This document shows positions 52,132-61,554 of a DNA stretch of 64,000 nucleotides, one piece after another. Made by a program: the position numbers and the translations under genes. Location: the sequence record PP496440.1; one strand, given 5' to 3'. Position 1 is the first letter of the stretch, and each line of letters begins with the position of its first letter. The notes under the pieces are model-generated. The model was not told where the DNA came from and did no database searches. It saw nothing but the letters and a program-made list of their open reading frames with translations.

Positions 52132-52485
52132 ATGAGCAGAGCACCCGTCCGCAATAAGGTCTACACGTATGGCGAAATCATCGACGATCTGTTCCTGCGT
52201 GACACCCCGTGTCTGATGGTGTACGTCGGTGATGGGGGTAGCCCGATCAAGAGCTACTATCCCGTCAACTCTGATCTCACTTACGAGGAACTGCGTAAGC
52301 TGCCGGGCTGGGAAGATAGCCGCTGGACGTTCGTTCGTGAGACCAGTGAATGGATTCCAGTCTTCCACTGGGACAATGATCAAGGTAGCCCGACGCAACT
52401 GGTGCAGGTGAACCGTAGTGAGTACTACGATCTGGAGCACACGTCCATGGATCGTCTTATCGTAACACCGAAAGAGGTAGTCTGA
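52132..52485 (+). CDS. hypothetical early protein (117 aa)
   Basis: Partial conserved leader plus GAGGAA. Confidence 0.65.
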   Translation: MSRAPVRNKVYTYGEIIDDLFLRDTPCLMVYVGDGGSPIKSYYPVNSDLTYEELRKLPGWEDSRWTFVRETSEWIPVFHWDNDQGSPTQLVQVNRSEYYDLEHTSMDRLIVTPKEVV

Positions 52486-52486
52486 A

Positions 52487-52951
52487 ATGATCCAGATGGC
52501 ACGTGACATTGACTTTTCCCTTCCGCACTCCAGCTCCAACTCGGTCAATTTTATCTTGCGTGTGGGCAAGATAAAGAACGGTGAGCGTGTGGATTCCTTC
52601 GCGTCAGACGAGTTGAAGCTTACACTCGAATCCACCAATCTAGAAGGGGTGCTTATCAGCCTGTTGGCTAAAGCGTCCAACTTAGAGCTACCTACCGTTG
52701 CGTGGGCCGGACTTGAGTATCTTATCGAGCGTGTCCAGCGGCAGTACGATTATGCTGTTATCGAGAACAGCTTCTACCGAACCATTCAAGGCTCTGATAG
52801 TAAGGGTACGGGTATTCGCCGTAATAAGCAGGTGACCGGCAACCGGGAGTACACGTTGAAAGAGTGGGCAGCGTGCTTCCTCCGGGGCCAAGGTGCCTAC
52901 CCTGAGTACGAGCGTGAGTTCTTGTCGAGCCCTTGCCCACCCCAATTCTGA
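52487..52951 (+). CDS. hypothetical protein (154 aa)
   Basis: Coupled ORF. Confidence 0.55.
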   Translation: MIQMARDIDFSLPHSSSNSVNFILRVGKIKNGERVDSFASDELKLTLESTNLEGVLISLLAKASNLELPTVAWAGLEYLIERVQRQYDYAVIENSFYRTIQGSDSKGTGIRRNKQVTGNREYTLKEWAACFLRGQGAYPEYEREFLSSPCPPQF

Positions 52952-52960
52952 GTAACCGAT

Positions 52961-53455
52961 ATGAAGATCCAACGGATTGAAAAGACCACGATAACTGATC
53001 TGATGCTTCGGGCATTGAGTCAGGGCTTCTTAGTCAACGCGTACCACGACAATAAGAAAAGACCAGTGGTCATGGTGGTGCGTATCCATGAAGACAAGGT
53101 GAAGCTGGTCAGCCATACGACCGGTAAGAAGTACGTCCACATGCTGGCTCAATCTCTTGCCGATGCCCACGCATTGTTCCCCGGAGTTCGTGCCGTAGAC
53201 GAACCAGTGGCAAAGAAAGACCTTACTCCCTTGCTAGTGCAGGCAATGGAACGCGGGTTCCGTATCCATGGAAGCGGGCCAAGAGAGAAGGGAGAGACTA
53301 CTCACTCGGTGATGATCTCAAAGGACACCGACACTGAAATACTGGTGCTGGGCGCAGCCACCGAAGAAGATCACTGTGATGCACTGGAGAAGGTGTTGAA
53401 ACTGGCGCTGGAGCGCTTCGGCCAGGTAGTCCCGATCACCAAAAATAAAGTTTGA
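52961..53455 (+). CDS. hypothetical protein with internal duplication (164 aa)
   Basis: TDLMLRALSQGFLVNA vs TPLLVQAMERGFRIHG; two similar halves. Confidence 0.55.
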   Translation: MKIQRIEKTTITDLMLRALSQGFLVNAYHDNKKRPVVMVVRIHEDKVKLVSHTTGKKYVHMLAQSLADAHALFPGVRAVDEPVAKKDLTPLLVQAMERGFRIHGSGPREKGETTHSVMISKDTDTEILVLGAATEEDHCDALEKVLKLALERFGQVVPITKNKV

Positions 53456-53480
53456 CAGCCAAAACTGGCTCTGATACAAT
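53452..53480 (+). promoter_or_regulatory. sigma70-type promoter
   Basis: TTGACA-N17-TACAAT. Confidence 0.8.
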
Positions 53481-53531
53481 GTATGTGCCGCGCCGTAAAG
53501 CGGCACACTACCCGAAGTGAAAGGAACCGAG

Positions 53532-54434
53532 ATGACCAAAACATTAGCGCTGGCTCCTATGGAGAAAGCAAACCTGATACAGGACGCTGAGTTCGCCGCG
53601 ACCGCCATCAAAGAGTTGCTGACCCTGCTGATCGAGACCACTACTGAGTTGAAGAAAGAGCACGAAGACCCAATGTCTGCGGCCAAAGCTCGGTGTGATG
53701 AGTTGAATAAGACGGTGACCAAGATTGTGTCGTCGCACAACGCCAAGAACCCTGAATTCATGTTGGCTATCGAGTCTGTGACCCGAGTGATCAACCATAC
53801 CGTCTCAATCATGGACTTGACCAAACGTCGAGGATTGAGAGTCGGTAAACCCTATCTCCTAAGCTACAAGAAAGAGCTGGCTGACAAGCTGGTTCAACTC
53901 GTAGACTTTCATCAGTTCTCAAAAGGACTGCCTGTAAAAGGGACGAAAGACGCCTTGTCTGATACCGTGGTAGCACTCGCCGCCGATGCCGACAGCATCG
54001 ATGCAAAGGTGAAAGCTAGCTCGGACAACTCCAAGAACCCTGTGTTCATGATGGAGATGAATATCGTCCCGCCGTTCAACTACTTCTACGTACAACCCCG
54101 CAAGTTCCTGCTCCACAAGCTCGCCTTCGACCGCATCGGCAAAGGTGACAACAGCGACTTCATCGTGCTGAAGAAGCAAAAGGTTCTGGTGGTGGACAAC
54201 GTTGCCGCCGAGAACTACAAGATGGAACCGCTGGAGCTGGCCGCTACGCTGATCGAAGCCATCAATCTGAAACGCCCCGCTGGCACATCAGAGCTGGCGA
54301 TGGTGATGGAAGAGCATGCGTCACTCAAAGGCAGTTCAGGCTACACGTTCTACTGGGTGGTTCCTCTGCCCACGCTTCACGTGCTGCAACCCATAATCGG
54401 CCAAGGTACCCTCGCTTGGGGCTTGGCAGTCTAA
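53532..54434 (+). CDS. hypothetical protein (300 aa)
   Basis: Start MTKTLA after AAGGA; N-terminal coiled coil. Confidence 0.65.
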   Translation: MTKTLALAPMEKANLIQDAEFAATAIKELLTLLIETTTELKKEHEDPMSAAKARCDELNKTVTKIVSSHNAKNPEFMLAIESVTRVINHTVSIMDLTKRRGLRVGKPYLLSYKKELADKLVQLVDFHQFSKGLPVKGTKDALSDTVVALAADADSIDAKVKASSDNSKNPVFMMEMNIVPPFNYFYVQPRKFLLHKLAFDRIGKGDNSDFIVLKKQKVLVVDNVAAENYKMEPLELAATLIEAINLKRPAGTSELAMVMEEHASLKGSSGYTFYWVVPLPTLHVLQPIIGQGTLAWGLAV

Positions 54435-54464
54435 TCCGTTCACCCACCATAAAGAGTAATTGAA

Positions 54465-54941
54465 ATGGCAAAAGGTAAAACCCCGCTGTATCTGAGCTAC
54501 GTTGACACCATCAATGGTCTGCTCAACTCCATCAAGTTCTCCGCAGAACTGCCGGTGCACAAGAAGTCCATCGACCGCTCGGGCCGTAACGTCGAGTGGT
54601 TGCGCAAGGGGATCAAGCGTGGTAAGCTGACCATCCCCGGCGTCGATATCGGCAACGAGTTCTGGAAGTTGGCCCAATTGCTGGAGGTGGAAGCTCCGGT
54701 CTACGGTACTGATGTCGTCCCCGTGATGACCGCAGTTGACCTCGGCAAGAAAGAGAGTGGTGGGTTGAAGCCTGATGAAGTTGCCACCGTCTCGGCAACC
54801 ACGGACCCGTCCAAGTCTGAAGCTCGTATTCCTGCGCATAAGCGTTCGATCAGCAAGAGCCGTCACTTCGCCGAGAACTACGGCACCAATGCAGACGTGA
54901 CGGCCAGCACCAAGACGCTCGACAAGTATGAAACCCGCTAA
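54465..54941 (+). CDS. hypothetical basic protein (158 aa)
   Basis: Clean ORF, phage codon usage. Confidence 0.6.
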   Translation: MAKGKTPLYLSYVDTINGLLNSIKFSAELPVHKKSIDRSGRNVEWLRKGIKRGKLTIPGVDIGNEFWKLAQLLEVEAPVYGTDVVPVMTAVDLGKKESGGLKPDEVATVSATTDPSKSEARIPAHKRSISKSRHFAENYGTNADVTASTKTLDKYETR

Positions 54942-55419
54942 TCTCAAAGCTCTCGGGATCGACACCAAACCCGGAGCGATGAACATTCCAGATGGAAGGT
55001 GCTGGGTGTGCCCGGCGGTAGCGGGGCTGGAAGACCATCACATCATTCCGCGACACTGCGGTGGTGAAGGTGGGCCACAAGTCAGACTGTGCGGCGTGTG
55101 CCATACGTCGATCCACAATCTGGCCAACAACAAGAAAGTGCTGGCGCAAGAGATTGAACCGCTGGAGATCCATGAGTACAACAAGGCTTGGTCCGACGCG
55201 CTGATGTTGCGTAAAGGTCATGCACTGGCGTATGTCATCGCTAAGTCCAACAAGGTGACGAAGGGGGACGCCAACAGGAAGGTTAAGTTCGCCACCACGT
55301 TCGACGGACTCACCAGCAGGCAGTTGAAGCAACTCAAGAAGAGCATGGGCTGCACAAGCCTTGACCAAACAATAGTGACGTTGATAAAACAGGCCCACGG
55401 GCGACTGTTTAGGGGATAG
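54928..55419 (+). CDS. HNH endonuclease with C-terminal ribbon-helix-helix-like segment
   Basis: CWVC...EDHHIIPRHCGG...LCGVCHTSIH. Confidence 0.8.
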   Translation: MKPANLKALGIDTKPGAMNIPDGRCWVCPAVAGLEDHHIIPRHCGGEGGPQVRLCGVCHTSIHNLANNKKVLAQEIEPLEIHEYNKAWSDALMLRKGHALAYVIAKSNKVTKGDANRKVKFATTFDGLTSRQLKQLKKSMGCTSLDQTIVTLIKQAHGRLFRG

Positions 55420-55421
55420 AG

Positions 55422-56345
55422 ATGACCAAAAGTACTTCAGCTAACCAGAAGCAATTGAAAGACGTAGTTAGCTCACCGAAGCCATTCAATACAAAGCTAG
55501 AGCTGTATGTAGAAGATCATTTGTATTTCGATACGAAGAAGCCGTCGATCAAGGCGTCTTTCTCCGAGCTGGGGTTACAGCCGTTCGCCAAGGCACCATC
55601 CAAAGGGTTCATCCCTAATCTGTCCAAGCTGGCCCGCTCCACCAACGGACCCGAACTGTTCCAGCATCTGGGCTCCCTCACCCAGAACCTAGATGCCAGC
55701 CAACTACGGCTGCTGTCCGTGGTGTTCAACAACATGGCGAAGATGGAAGCCCATGGCTTGAATTTCGGCCAGAAGGTTTACGTCAACGTCTCAAGCCCGC
55801 GCATCGAGTTCGTCGAGTGCTACGTCGAGGCCATCGTGATCGGCGTCGAGTCGGAACATCCAGAGTCCCCGGTGTTCCTGAGCGTAGCCTTCGAGAAGAT
55901 GGCGGCAGATGCTCCGATGTGTTGGTCAATGCCCACCAGTTCTTTCCTGACCGAACGCCAGTTCCGGCTGCTGCGTAAGAGGCTGCGTGCGGAAGGCAAG
56001 ACCAGTGTACCGGACAAGATTCGCAAGGAACACTTGTGCTGGGAACGCGAGAACTTCGGTAAGCCGTCGAACCGGTTGTCCGTTGACGAGACTGTTCAAA
56101 CCATCGACACCGTCTCGGAGGACTGGCTCAACAGCAACGTCCTCTCACTGCTCGATCCGTATGTGGATCCGACAGCACTGGAAGAGACCGAAGTGGCCGA
56201 TGTCGAAGTGGTTGAAGAGAAGAAGACGCGAACCCGTGGTCCACGGAATCGTCGTGCAGAAGATAAGCAGACGCTTAGCCAAACTAAGGTCAAGTCGTCT
56301 GGTTCAGTGAAGATGAGCAACAACAGCATCTCCATCGTTCACTGA
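55422..56345 (+). CDS. hypothetical protein (307 aa)
   Basis: Clean ORF. Confidence 0.6.
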   Translation: MTKSTSANQKQLKDVVSSPKPFNTKLELYVEDHLYFDTKKPSIKASFSELGLQPFAKAPSKGFIPNLSKLARSTNGPELFQHLGSLTQNLDASQLRLLSVVFNNMAKMEAHGLNFGQKVYVNVSSPRIEFVECYVEAIVIGVESEHPESPVFLSVAFEKMAADAPMCWSMPTSSFLTERQFRLLRKRLRAEGKTSVPDKIRKEHLCWERENFGKPSNRLSVDETVQTIDTVSEDWLNSNVLSLLDPYVDPTALEETEVADVEVVEEKKTRTRGPRNRRAEDKQTLSQTKVKSSGSVKMSNNSISIVH

Positions 56346-56409
56346 TACCGATCCGCTGTATACCTTAAGTTGCTTATACCTTCAATACAACGAACCGAGA
56401 TTCTGATAC

Positions 56410-57489
56410 ATGAAGATTACAAATGTGCATTCCACCCTACTCAATCTTGGAGTTAACCGATCACTGCTGGAGCAAGCGGTTCAGGTTACATTGAGTGCGT
56501 TGATGCGACTGATCTCAGTTGACGCATACTGTAAGAAGATGAAGAAAGACTTCGGCATCGTGATGAACACTCAAGTGTTCAACGACACCTTCGACAACGG
56601 CTACTATCTGAAACATGTCAAGCTTTATCTGGCGTGGTGTGTCGGCAAGAAGCTGACGGACAGCATCGACATCCGCCGGGCAGGTCGCCAGTTCGAACTG
56701 GACGCCAAAGATCGTCAGCTGGTCAACCTGATGAAACCCGCCGACCGCAAGATGGTACTGAGCAAGATCAATCCGGAAGTCGAACTGTACGCGTCACCCA
56801 AGGTGATGGACATCAAGATTGGTGCGGCCATCGACTCGCTGACAGATCACATCGGCAAGTTCACCAACAAGAAGTTGACCTTCACCACGAAGGGTACTGG
56901 CCGGGATAAGGATGACGTGCACAGTGATCTTCGTATCGCCGCGTTGCGTGCCGCCTACAAGACCTACCCGTTCCAGCTGTGTGACTTGCATCTCATCAAC
57001 TCGATGAAGTCTGCCATCCACAACGTCGGCATCAACCTGATCCAGTCCGCCACGACCAAGAGTCGTCAAGTGATGGTCAAGGAAGATGATGAGTTCATCA
57101 TGCTGCGCGAGAACTTCGACTTCTACGGCAGCCATAACGACGTGGCGTCGGTCGTGAGCAGTTGCGGGCTGGACGGGGGCGCCGCTATGGGCTCAGGCGG
57201 GTGTTCCACCACTGACAGCATTACGTATCAGCAGTTGGTGTCCCAAGTCAAAGGCCGGGCAGCACAGTTCCTCGTAATGCTGGCCGGTCACTACTCGGAA
57301 AGGTTCTCCGCGTACTTGCGACAGATCGGCATCAACAAAGACAATGATGAATGGTCCCAAGCAGTTCTCACCGGTCGGCGCACGTCCATCCAGCGCTACT
57401 GTGAGATCATCGCAGACTATTGCAAAGTCCCCCACGAGATTGCCAACAAACTGCTAGCAGGTTATCGCCAGCAGATGGCCGTAATGTAA
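56410..57489 (+). CDS. putative phage sigma-factor-like protein
   Basis: DKDDVHSDLRIAALRAAYKTYP...SAIHNVGINLIQSATTKSR resembles sigma70 region 2 spacing; weak. Confidence 0.35.
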   Translation: MKITNVHSTLLNLGVNRSLLEQAVQVTLSALMRLISVDAYCKKMKKDFGIVMNTQVFNDTFDNGYYLKHVKLYLAWCVGKKLTDSIDIRRAGRQFELDAKDRQLVNLMKPADRKMVLSKINPEVELYASPKVMDIKIGAAIDSLTDHIGKFTNKKLTFTTKGTGRDKDDVHSDLRIAALRAAYKTYPFQLCDLHLINSMKSAIHNVGINLIQSATTKSRQVMVKEDDEFIMLRENFDFYGSHNDVASVVSSCGLDGGAAMGSGGCSTTDSITYQQLVSQVKGRAAQFLVMLAGHYSERFSAYLRQIGINKDNDEWSQAVLTGRRTSIQRYCEIIADYCKVPHEIANKLLAGYRQQMAVM

Positions 57490-57500
57490 GGAGAGCTGTC

Positions 57501-57716
57501 ATGCCCCGTATCGTAGTCCATCCCTCTGAGAGTCACTGGTTCAGGGGGTTAAAGTTCGCCGAGAAGTTGTATCTAAAAGATGGACTCACTTTAGAAGAAG
57601 TTGAGACGTGTCTGAATATCAACCGACGCGCCCTTCTCCGAGATGAAGAATACCTACGGGGCGTTGATGACTATCTGGGGTATGCCCGTGAGAAGCTCCG
57701 GGCTGTCCATCACTAA
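57501..57716 (+). CDS. small protein, possible HTH (71 aa)
   Basis: Start MPRIVV after AGGAG; LTLEEVETCLNIN. Confidence 0.5.
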   Translation: MPRIVVHPSESHWFRGLKFAEKLYLKDGLTLEEVETCLNINRRALLRDEEYLRGVDDYLGYAREKLRAVHH

Positions 57717-57733
57717 TAAAAGAGGAAACGACC

Positions 57734-57871
57734 ATGCGTCGAGCCCAACGTACATCGCAAGGTTTCAAGAATGGTTCCCACAATCGTAAGATGAAGGACC
57801 ACCGTAAACAACTCAACCAACCTCAGACCGAAGTACCGAAGGTTTGGGAAGCACTGGCGGAACTGGCATGA
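57734..57871 (+). CDS. small basic protein (45 aa)
   Basis: MRRAQRTSQGFKNGSHNRKMKDHRKQ...; GAGGAA SD, ATGA-coupled to the kinase; not in track. Confidence 0.5.
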   Translation: MRRAQRTSQGFKNGSHNRKMKDHRKQLNQPQTEVPKVWEALAELA

Positions 57872-58557
57872 AAGACTACACACTGATCGTAATCTCCGGC
57901 ACGCATCGCACCGGTAAGACCACCATGATGCAGGAGTTCGTCAAACAGAACCCTGAGTTCCAGATACTGCCGTTCACTGTGACCAACATCTGGCACAATG
58001 TGTTCGGCGACCGTCCGTACACCATGGATCTGGAACCCTATGATCGTCTGCTGCTCCAGTTCGGTCTGCTTAATGCGTGGATTATGTGTGTTACAGATCA
58101 CGTTGCCAAAGGTGGAAAGTGGATCGTTGATCGAGGTCCACTTGACTTCGCCACATACATGCGTCTCGGATTGATCGACTGCATGAACCACGATGTCAAT
58201 CTGCAAGCCGAACAGTTCGTGCTCAACTGCATCCAGGCCACGGCGGGGCTTGTCAGTTACGAAATCTTGGTCAGTCCTGTTCTGCACCGGATCAACGGTG
58301 ATATGGTAGAAGATGATGTCACGAAGCTCACCGGCAAGGTGGGGCTGATGAATCAGACGGTGTTCCATTCCATCCTGCGTGACGTGGCCCAAGACACCCT
58401 CCGGTCCAGCATCTGCAGCGGGTACTCGGTCGGGCAACTGATCAACTTGCAAGAGTTGCCTACCGAGATCATTCATCTTGGGGATCGTGTCAATTGGCTG
58501 CGGGAGGTGATCGATGCCAAACAGAAAGGAAAGGCCCGCCTACAGCCAACCCGCTAA
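57868..58557 (+). CDS. P-loop nucleotide kinase (dNMP kinase/NadR-AAA_28-like)
   Basis: ISGTHRTGKTT (Walker A), IVDRGPLD. Confidence 0.75.
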   Translation: MKDYTLIVISGTHRTGKTTMMQEFVKQNPEFQILPFTVTNIWHNVFGDRPYTMDLEPYDRLLLQFGLLNAWIMCVTDHVAKGGKWIVDRGPLDFATYMRLGLIDCMNHDVNLQAEQFVLNCIQATAGLVSYEILVSPVLHRINGDMVEDDVTKLTGKVGLMNQTVFHSILRDVAQDTLRSSICSGYSVGQLINLQELPTEIIHLGDRVNWLREVIDAKQKGKARLQPTR

Positions 58558-60046
58558 GGCGTTCTCCGTCGGCGTACGGTTACTGGGGCGCCTGTGGTGG
58601 GAGCCTGCCAGCGGCAAGCATCGGCGGTTCGCCACGGTCAATCTGCCTCACGCCGCGCTCACGCTGTACATGGCAGATAGTGCGGGTGGTACGCAACTGA
58701 GCGTGACCACTCGTCTGAGCCGCCGCACATCCAAGAAAGATAAGAAGCCCAAGTCCGCATACATCAATCTTGGCCACTATCTCGACTACCAACATGCCAG
58801 CAAGGTAGCGCTCGGGAAGCTCAAAGAGTTTCTCGACAATAATCCGGAGCACTGTGTCATGCCTGAAGTCAACACCGCAACAAAGCTGGACATCACGCTG
58901 GATCAGATGAAGTCGTTACTCGACGCTGCCGGGGTGAAAGAACATACTGCTGACACCCTGTGCCGCGTGTTCATGCCGGTCCCAATCAAAGGTGATCCTA
59001 CCGATGGTCAGTCCAAACTCTCCATTGCGCTGGCAAAGCTGACCGACGACATCGACGCGATCTCCGGGATGTTCGACGCGGCAGAAGGTTTTACCGCCAT
59101 GGACTTCTGTCAGGCGGACGTGGCCTTCCAGAAGTTAATGCGACTGATCAACATCAAACCCCATGACCTGGACTCGGGTGGCGAAGAGATCAGCAAGTCG
59201 ATCAATCGTTTGGTCACCAGCATGTGGCGGTTCAAGATTGATCCGGCACCCTATCTGCTGGAACTGGGTTTGGACCCAGATCAGTCCACTGTGCTTGCCA
59301 TGGAGAAGAAGCTGGTGGAAGTGTACGATGTTGAACCTGAGTTCACGCAGATGATGGAGTCCCAGTTGTCTAAGGCAGACATAGTTCGGGCTAACCAGCT
59401 TCGGTGGGGTTCAACAGACCTGAAACGTTACTTGCGAGACAACGGGTTACATATCCGTATGATCTTTAGCGACCCCGACAAAACCCCCTACGTAAAACGG
59501 TCCGTGTTCGTGTGCGATCTTGATGTCGTCAGCGTGGACGCGTTGGTAGATTCAGGTATTCTTTCGGCTAGTACCACTGAGCCTGATCTCATGTACCGAG
59601 CTTTCAACAGTCAGACGTGGAACCGTAAGCAAGCTCGTTACCTAGTCATCCAGAAAGAGACGTGGGATTTCCTTGATGCCAAAGGGTTAGAGTCCTTGGA
59701 AATTGAGGTAGCAGGATTACAACCGCATGTACTGGAAGGGTATGTTACACCGGAAAATGGAGAGTGGCCGGAAGATGTTGCCAACTATTTGGTAGACCTG
59801 GGATTCCGGAAACACGGGCATGCAGGTAGTGAATGTTACGTCATGCGACAACCATCTGGGATTAGCAAGAACGATTTCATTCGTAATCTGATCGACGCCC
59901 GTGTACTTCGGGTCGACGGTACAGGGCACTATGCCAAAGTACGAGCCTTCACCGACGGTTTCAAGTCGAAGATTTACAAGTCCGACATCGATGAGTATCT
60001 GATCCTCCACGTTGACAACTGGCAGACGTCGTCCACGGCGCGCTGA
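58514..60046 (+). CDS. hypothetical protein (510 aa)
   Basis: Long clean ORF; no family recognised. Confidence 0.6.
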   Translation: MPNRKERPAYSQPAKAFSVGVRLLGRLWWEPASGKHRRFATVNLPHAALTLYMADSAGGTQLSVTTRLSRRTSKKDKKPKSAYINLGHYLDYQHASKVALGKLKEFLDNNPEHCVMPEVNTATKLDITLDQMKSLLDAAGVKEHTADTLCRVFMPVPIKGDPTDGQSKLSIALAKLTDDIDAISGMFDAAEGFTAMDFCQADVAFQKLMRLINIKPHDLDSGGEEISKSINRLVTSMWRFKIDPAPYLLELGLDPDQSTVLAMEKKLVEVYDVEPEFTQMMESQLSKADIVRANQLRWGSTDLKRYLRDNGLHIRMIFSDPDKTPYVKRSVFVCDLDVVSVDALVDSGILSASTTEPDLMYRAFNSQTWNRKQARYLVIQKETWDFLDAKGLESLEIEVAGLQPHVLEGYVTPENGEWPEDVANYLVDLGFRKHGHAGSECYVMRQPSGISKNDFIRNLIDARVLRVDGTGHYAKVRAFTDGFKSKIYKSDIDEYLILHVDNWQTSSTAR

Positions 60047-60058
60047 CCGAGTGACCAA

Positions 60059-60089
60059 GAGCCCTGTGCCAGTACGGACGGGGCTTTTT
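60059..60089 (+). terminator. intrinsic terminator
   Basis: AGCCC...GGGCTTTTT. Confidence 0.65.
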
Positions 60090-60106
60090 GCATCTGAAAA
60101 TAAATG

Positions 60107-60136
60107 TTGCACGCCGTAATGCCCATGTGCTATACT
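60107..60136 (+). promoter_or_regulatory. sigma70-type promoter (extended -10)
   Basis: TTGCAC-N18-TATACT with TGn. Confidence 0.65.
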
Positions 60137-60181
60137 GGAATCACGGGAACTCCCCGCCACTATCCCACTGAGGAAAACGCC

Positions 60182-60445
60182 ATGACTACTACCCAGATGA
60201 AAGCCCCAGCCCGCCCGGTCCAGTATCAGGTCGCTGTCGCCATTTTCATTACGTGCACCGCAATCTCCGTCGTGATCGGTTTGCACCACTTGTTCTGGAT
60301 GATGGTGTTCGGCTTCACCCCGGCAGGTGTGGTTGACTTTTATTCACCGATCATCTTCGGCCATGCCAACGTCACCGCCCCACTCCTGATCGTCACGGCT
60401 CTGGTTGCCGTGTTCACTTGGCAGCTCGTTGACGTGGAGGCTTGA
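60182..60445 (+). CDS. small membrane protein (87 aa)
   Basis: Two hydrophobic segments; conserved leader plus GAGGAA. Confidence 0.65.
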   Translation: MTTTQMKAPARPVQYQVAVAIFITCTAISVVIGLHHLFWMMVFGFTPAGVVDFYSPIIFGHANVTAPLLIVTALVAVFTWQLVDVEA

Positions 60446-60789
60446 TCATGGGCCATCGCAGCAAGTTCCCATCGCTGGACAAGCAGGCCCGTGAACTGGA
60501 AGCCATGCGCAAGTATCTGGGCTTGGGTACATCGGTCGTCACCCCGCTAGTCGAACAGAATCTAGTTCCAGTCACCACCGTCAAGCGGGCAGGTTGGAAC
60601 GTGAGCATGTGGATCATGCCGAAAGATGGATACGTCCCCGAGTTTCTGGAAGTGTTCATCACCCTCATGGACAGACAGCTCGCTTGGGACTCGGCGATTC
60701 AGTCGATCCCTAAGACCCACAAGCTGCACTTCATCGTTGACTGCATCTACGTTTACGAAGTCAAAGAATGGCACCCGGAGAACAACTGA
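60442..60789 (+). CDS. hypothetical protein (115 aa)
   Basis: Coupled ORF. Confidence 0.55.
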   Translation: MIMGHRSKFPSLDKQARELEAMRKYLGLGTSVVTPLVEQNLVPVTTVKRAGWNVSMWIMPKDGYVPEFLEVFITLMDRQLAWDSAIQSIPKTHKLHFIVDCIYVYEVKEWHPENN

Positions 60790-61046
60790 TGAATGCCCAA
60801 GAAAGAGCTGCACCTAAGTTCGTGATCAAGAAAGACGGCAAGTATCACGCCGGTTCTTCTTACGCCACGGGGTACGGCTACCGCAACAGCTGGAGCAAGA
60901 CGATCGAGGGTGCAAGAATCTTCGTCCCGGCGAACTCCCGTGTTAACAGTGACGCCGGTGCGCTTGAGAACATCGCCGCCCGGCTGAAAGGCAAGATAAT
61001 TCAAGTTACCCTCAATGCAGCTAACCGATACGTAGAGGTACTCTGA
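60789..61046 (+). CDS. hypothetical protein (85 aa)
   Basis: TGATG coupling; start MNAQER. Confidence 0.55.
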   Translation: MNAQERAAPKFVIKKDGKYHAGSSYATGYGYRNSWSKTIEGARIFVPANSRVNSDAGALENIAARLKGKIIQVTLNAANRYVEVL

Positions 61047-61047
61047 C

Positions 61048-61476
61048 ATGCAACTGACCAATCAGCAACTGACCGCCCGTGAAAAAGAGTACTGTGTGAA
61101 CCGCTTGAAAGGTTACCGCAATGAGATCAAGACGCTGCGCAACTGGGAGCATCGGGACAAGGTCAAGCGGCCGCATCGCGTCCCTAGTCTTCGTGCACAG
61201 CGCATCAATGACATCCGCCGGGCGGTGTTCTACCGAGGCATCCTGCGCGGCACCGTTGAACTGCCGCTTGCCAATCTGGGCCACAACCGATTCATCACGC
61301 CCGCCGTGCCACTCGGATACACCATCACCCAGAACCGAGACGGCGTGTGGGGATGGGAGTCCGCCACTGCCCCCGAGTCGCATCGCAAGTCTGGCTTCGA
61401 TATGTATCTAGTGGCGCTGATGGATTGCGTCCGGGCACAAGGTCCAACCTACGCGGCTGCTGCCGTATCGTACTAA
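61048..61476 (+). CDS. hypothetical basic protein (142 aa)
   Basis: GAGG SD; followed by terminator. Confidence 0.55.
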   Translation: MQLTNQQLTAREKEYCVNRLKGYRNEIKTLRNWEHRDKVKRPHRVPSLRAQRINDIRRAVFYRGILRGTVELPLANLGHNRFITPAVPLGYTITQNRDGVWGWESATAPESHRKSGFDMYLVALMDCVRAQGPTYAAAAVSY

Positions 61477-61481
61477 CAGAC

Positions 61482-61512
61482 AGCCCATGTGGTTTCGGCC
61501 CATGGGCTTTTT
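61482..61512 (+). terminator. intrinsic terminator
   Basis: AGCCCATG...CATGGGCTTTTT. Confidence 0.75.
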
Positions 61513-61554
61513 CCTCTTTGTAAATAGTCCGTATAAATCAACGAGGTAACTGCT

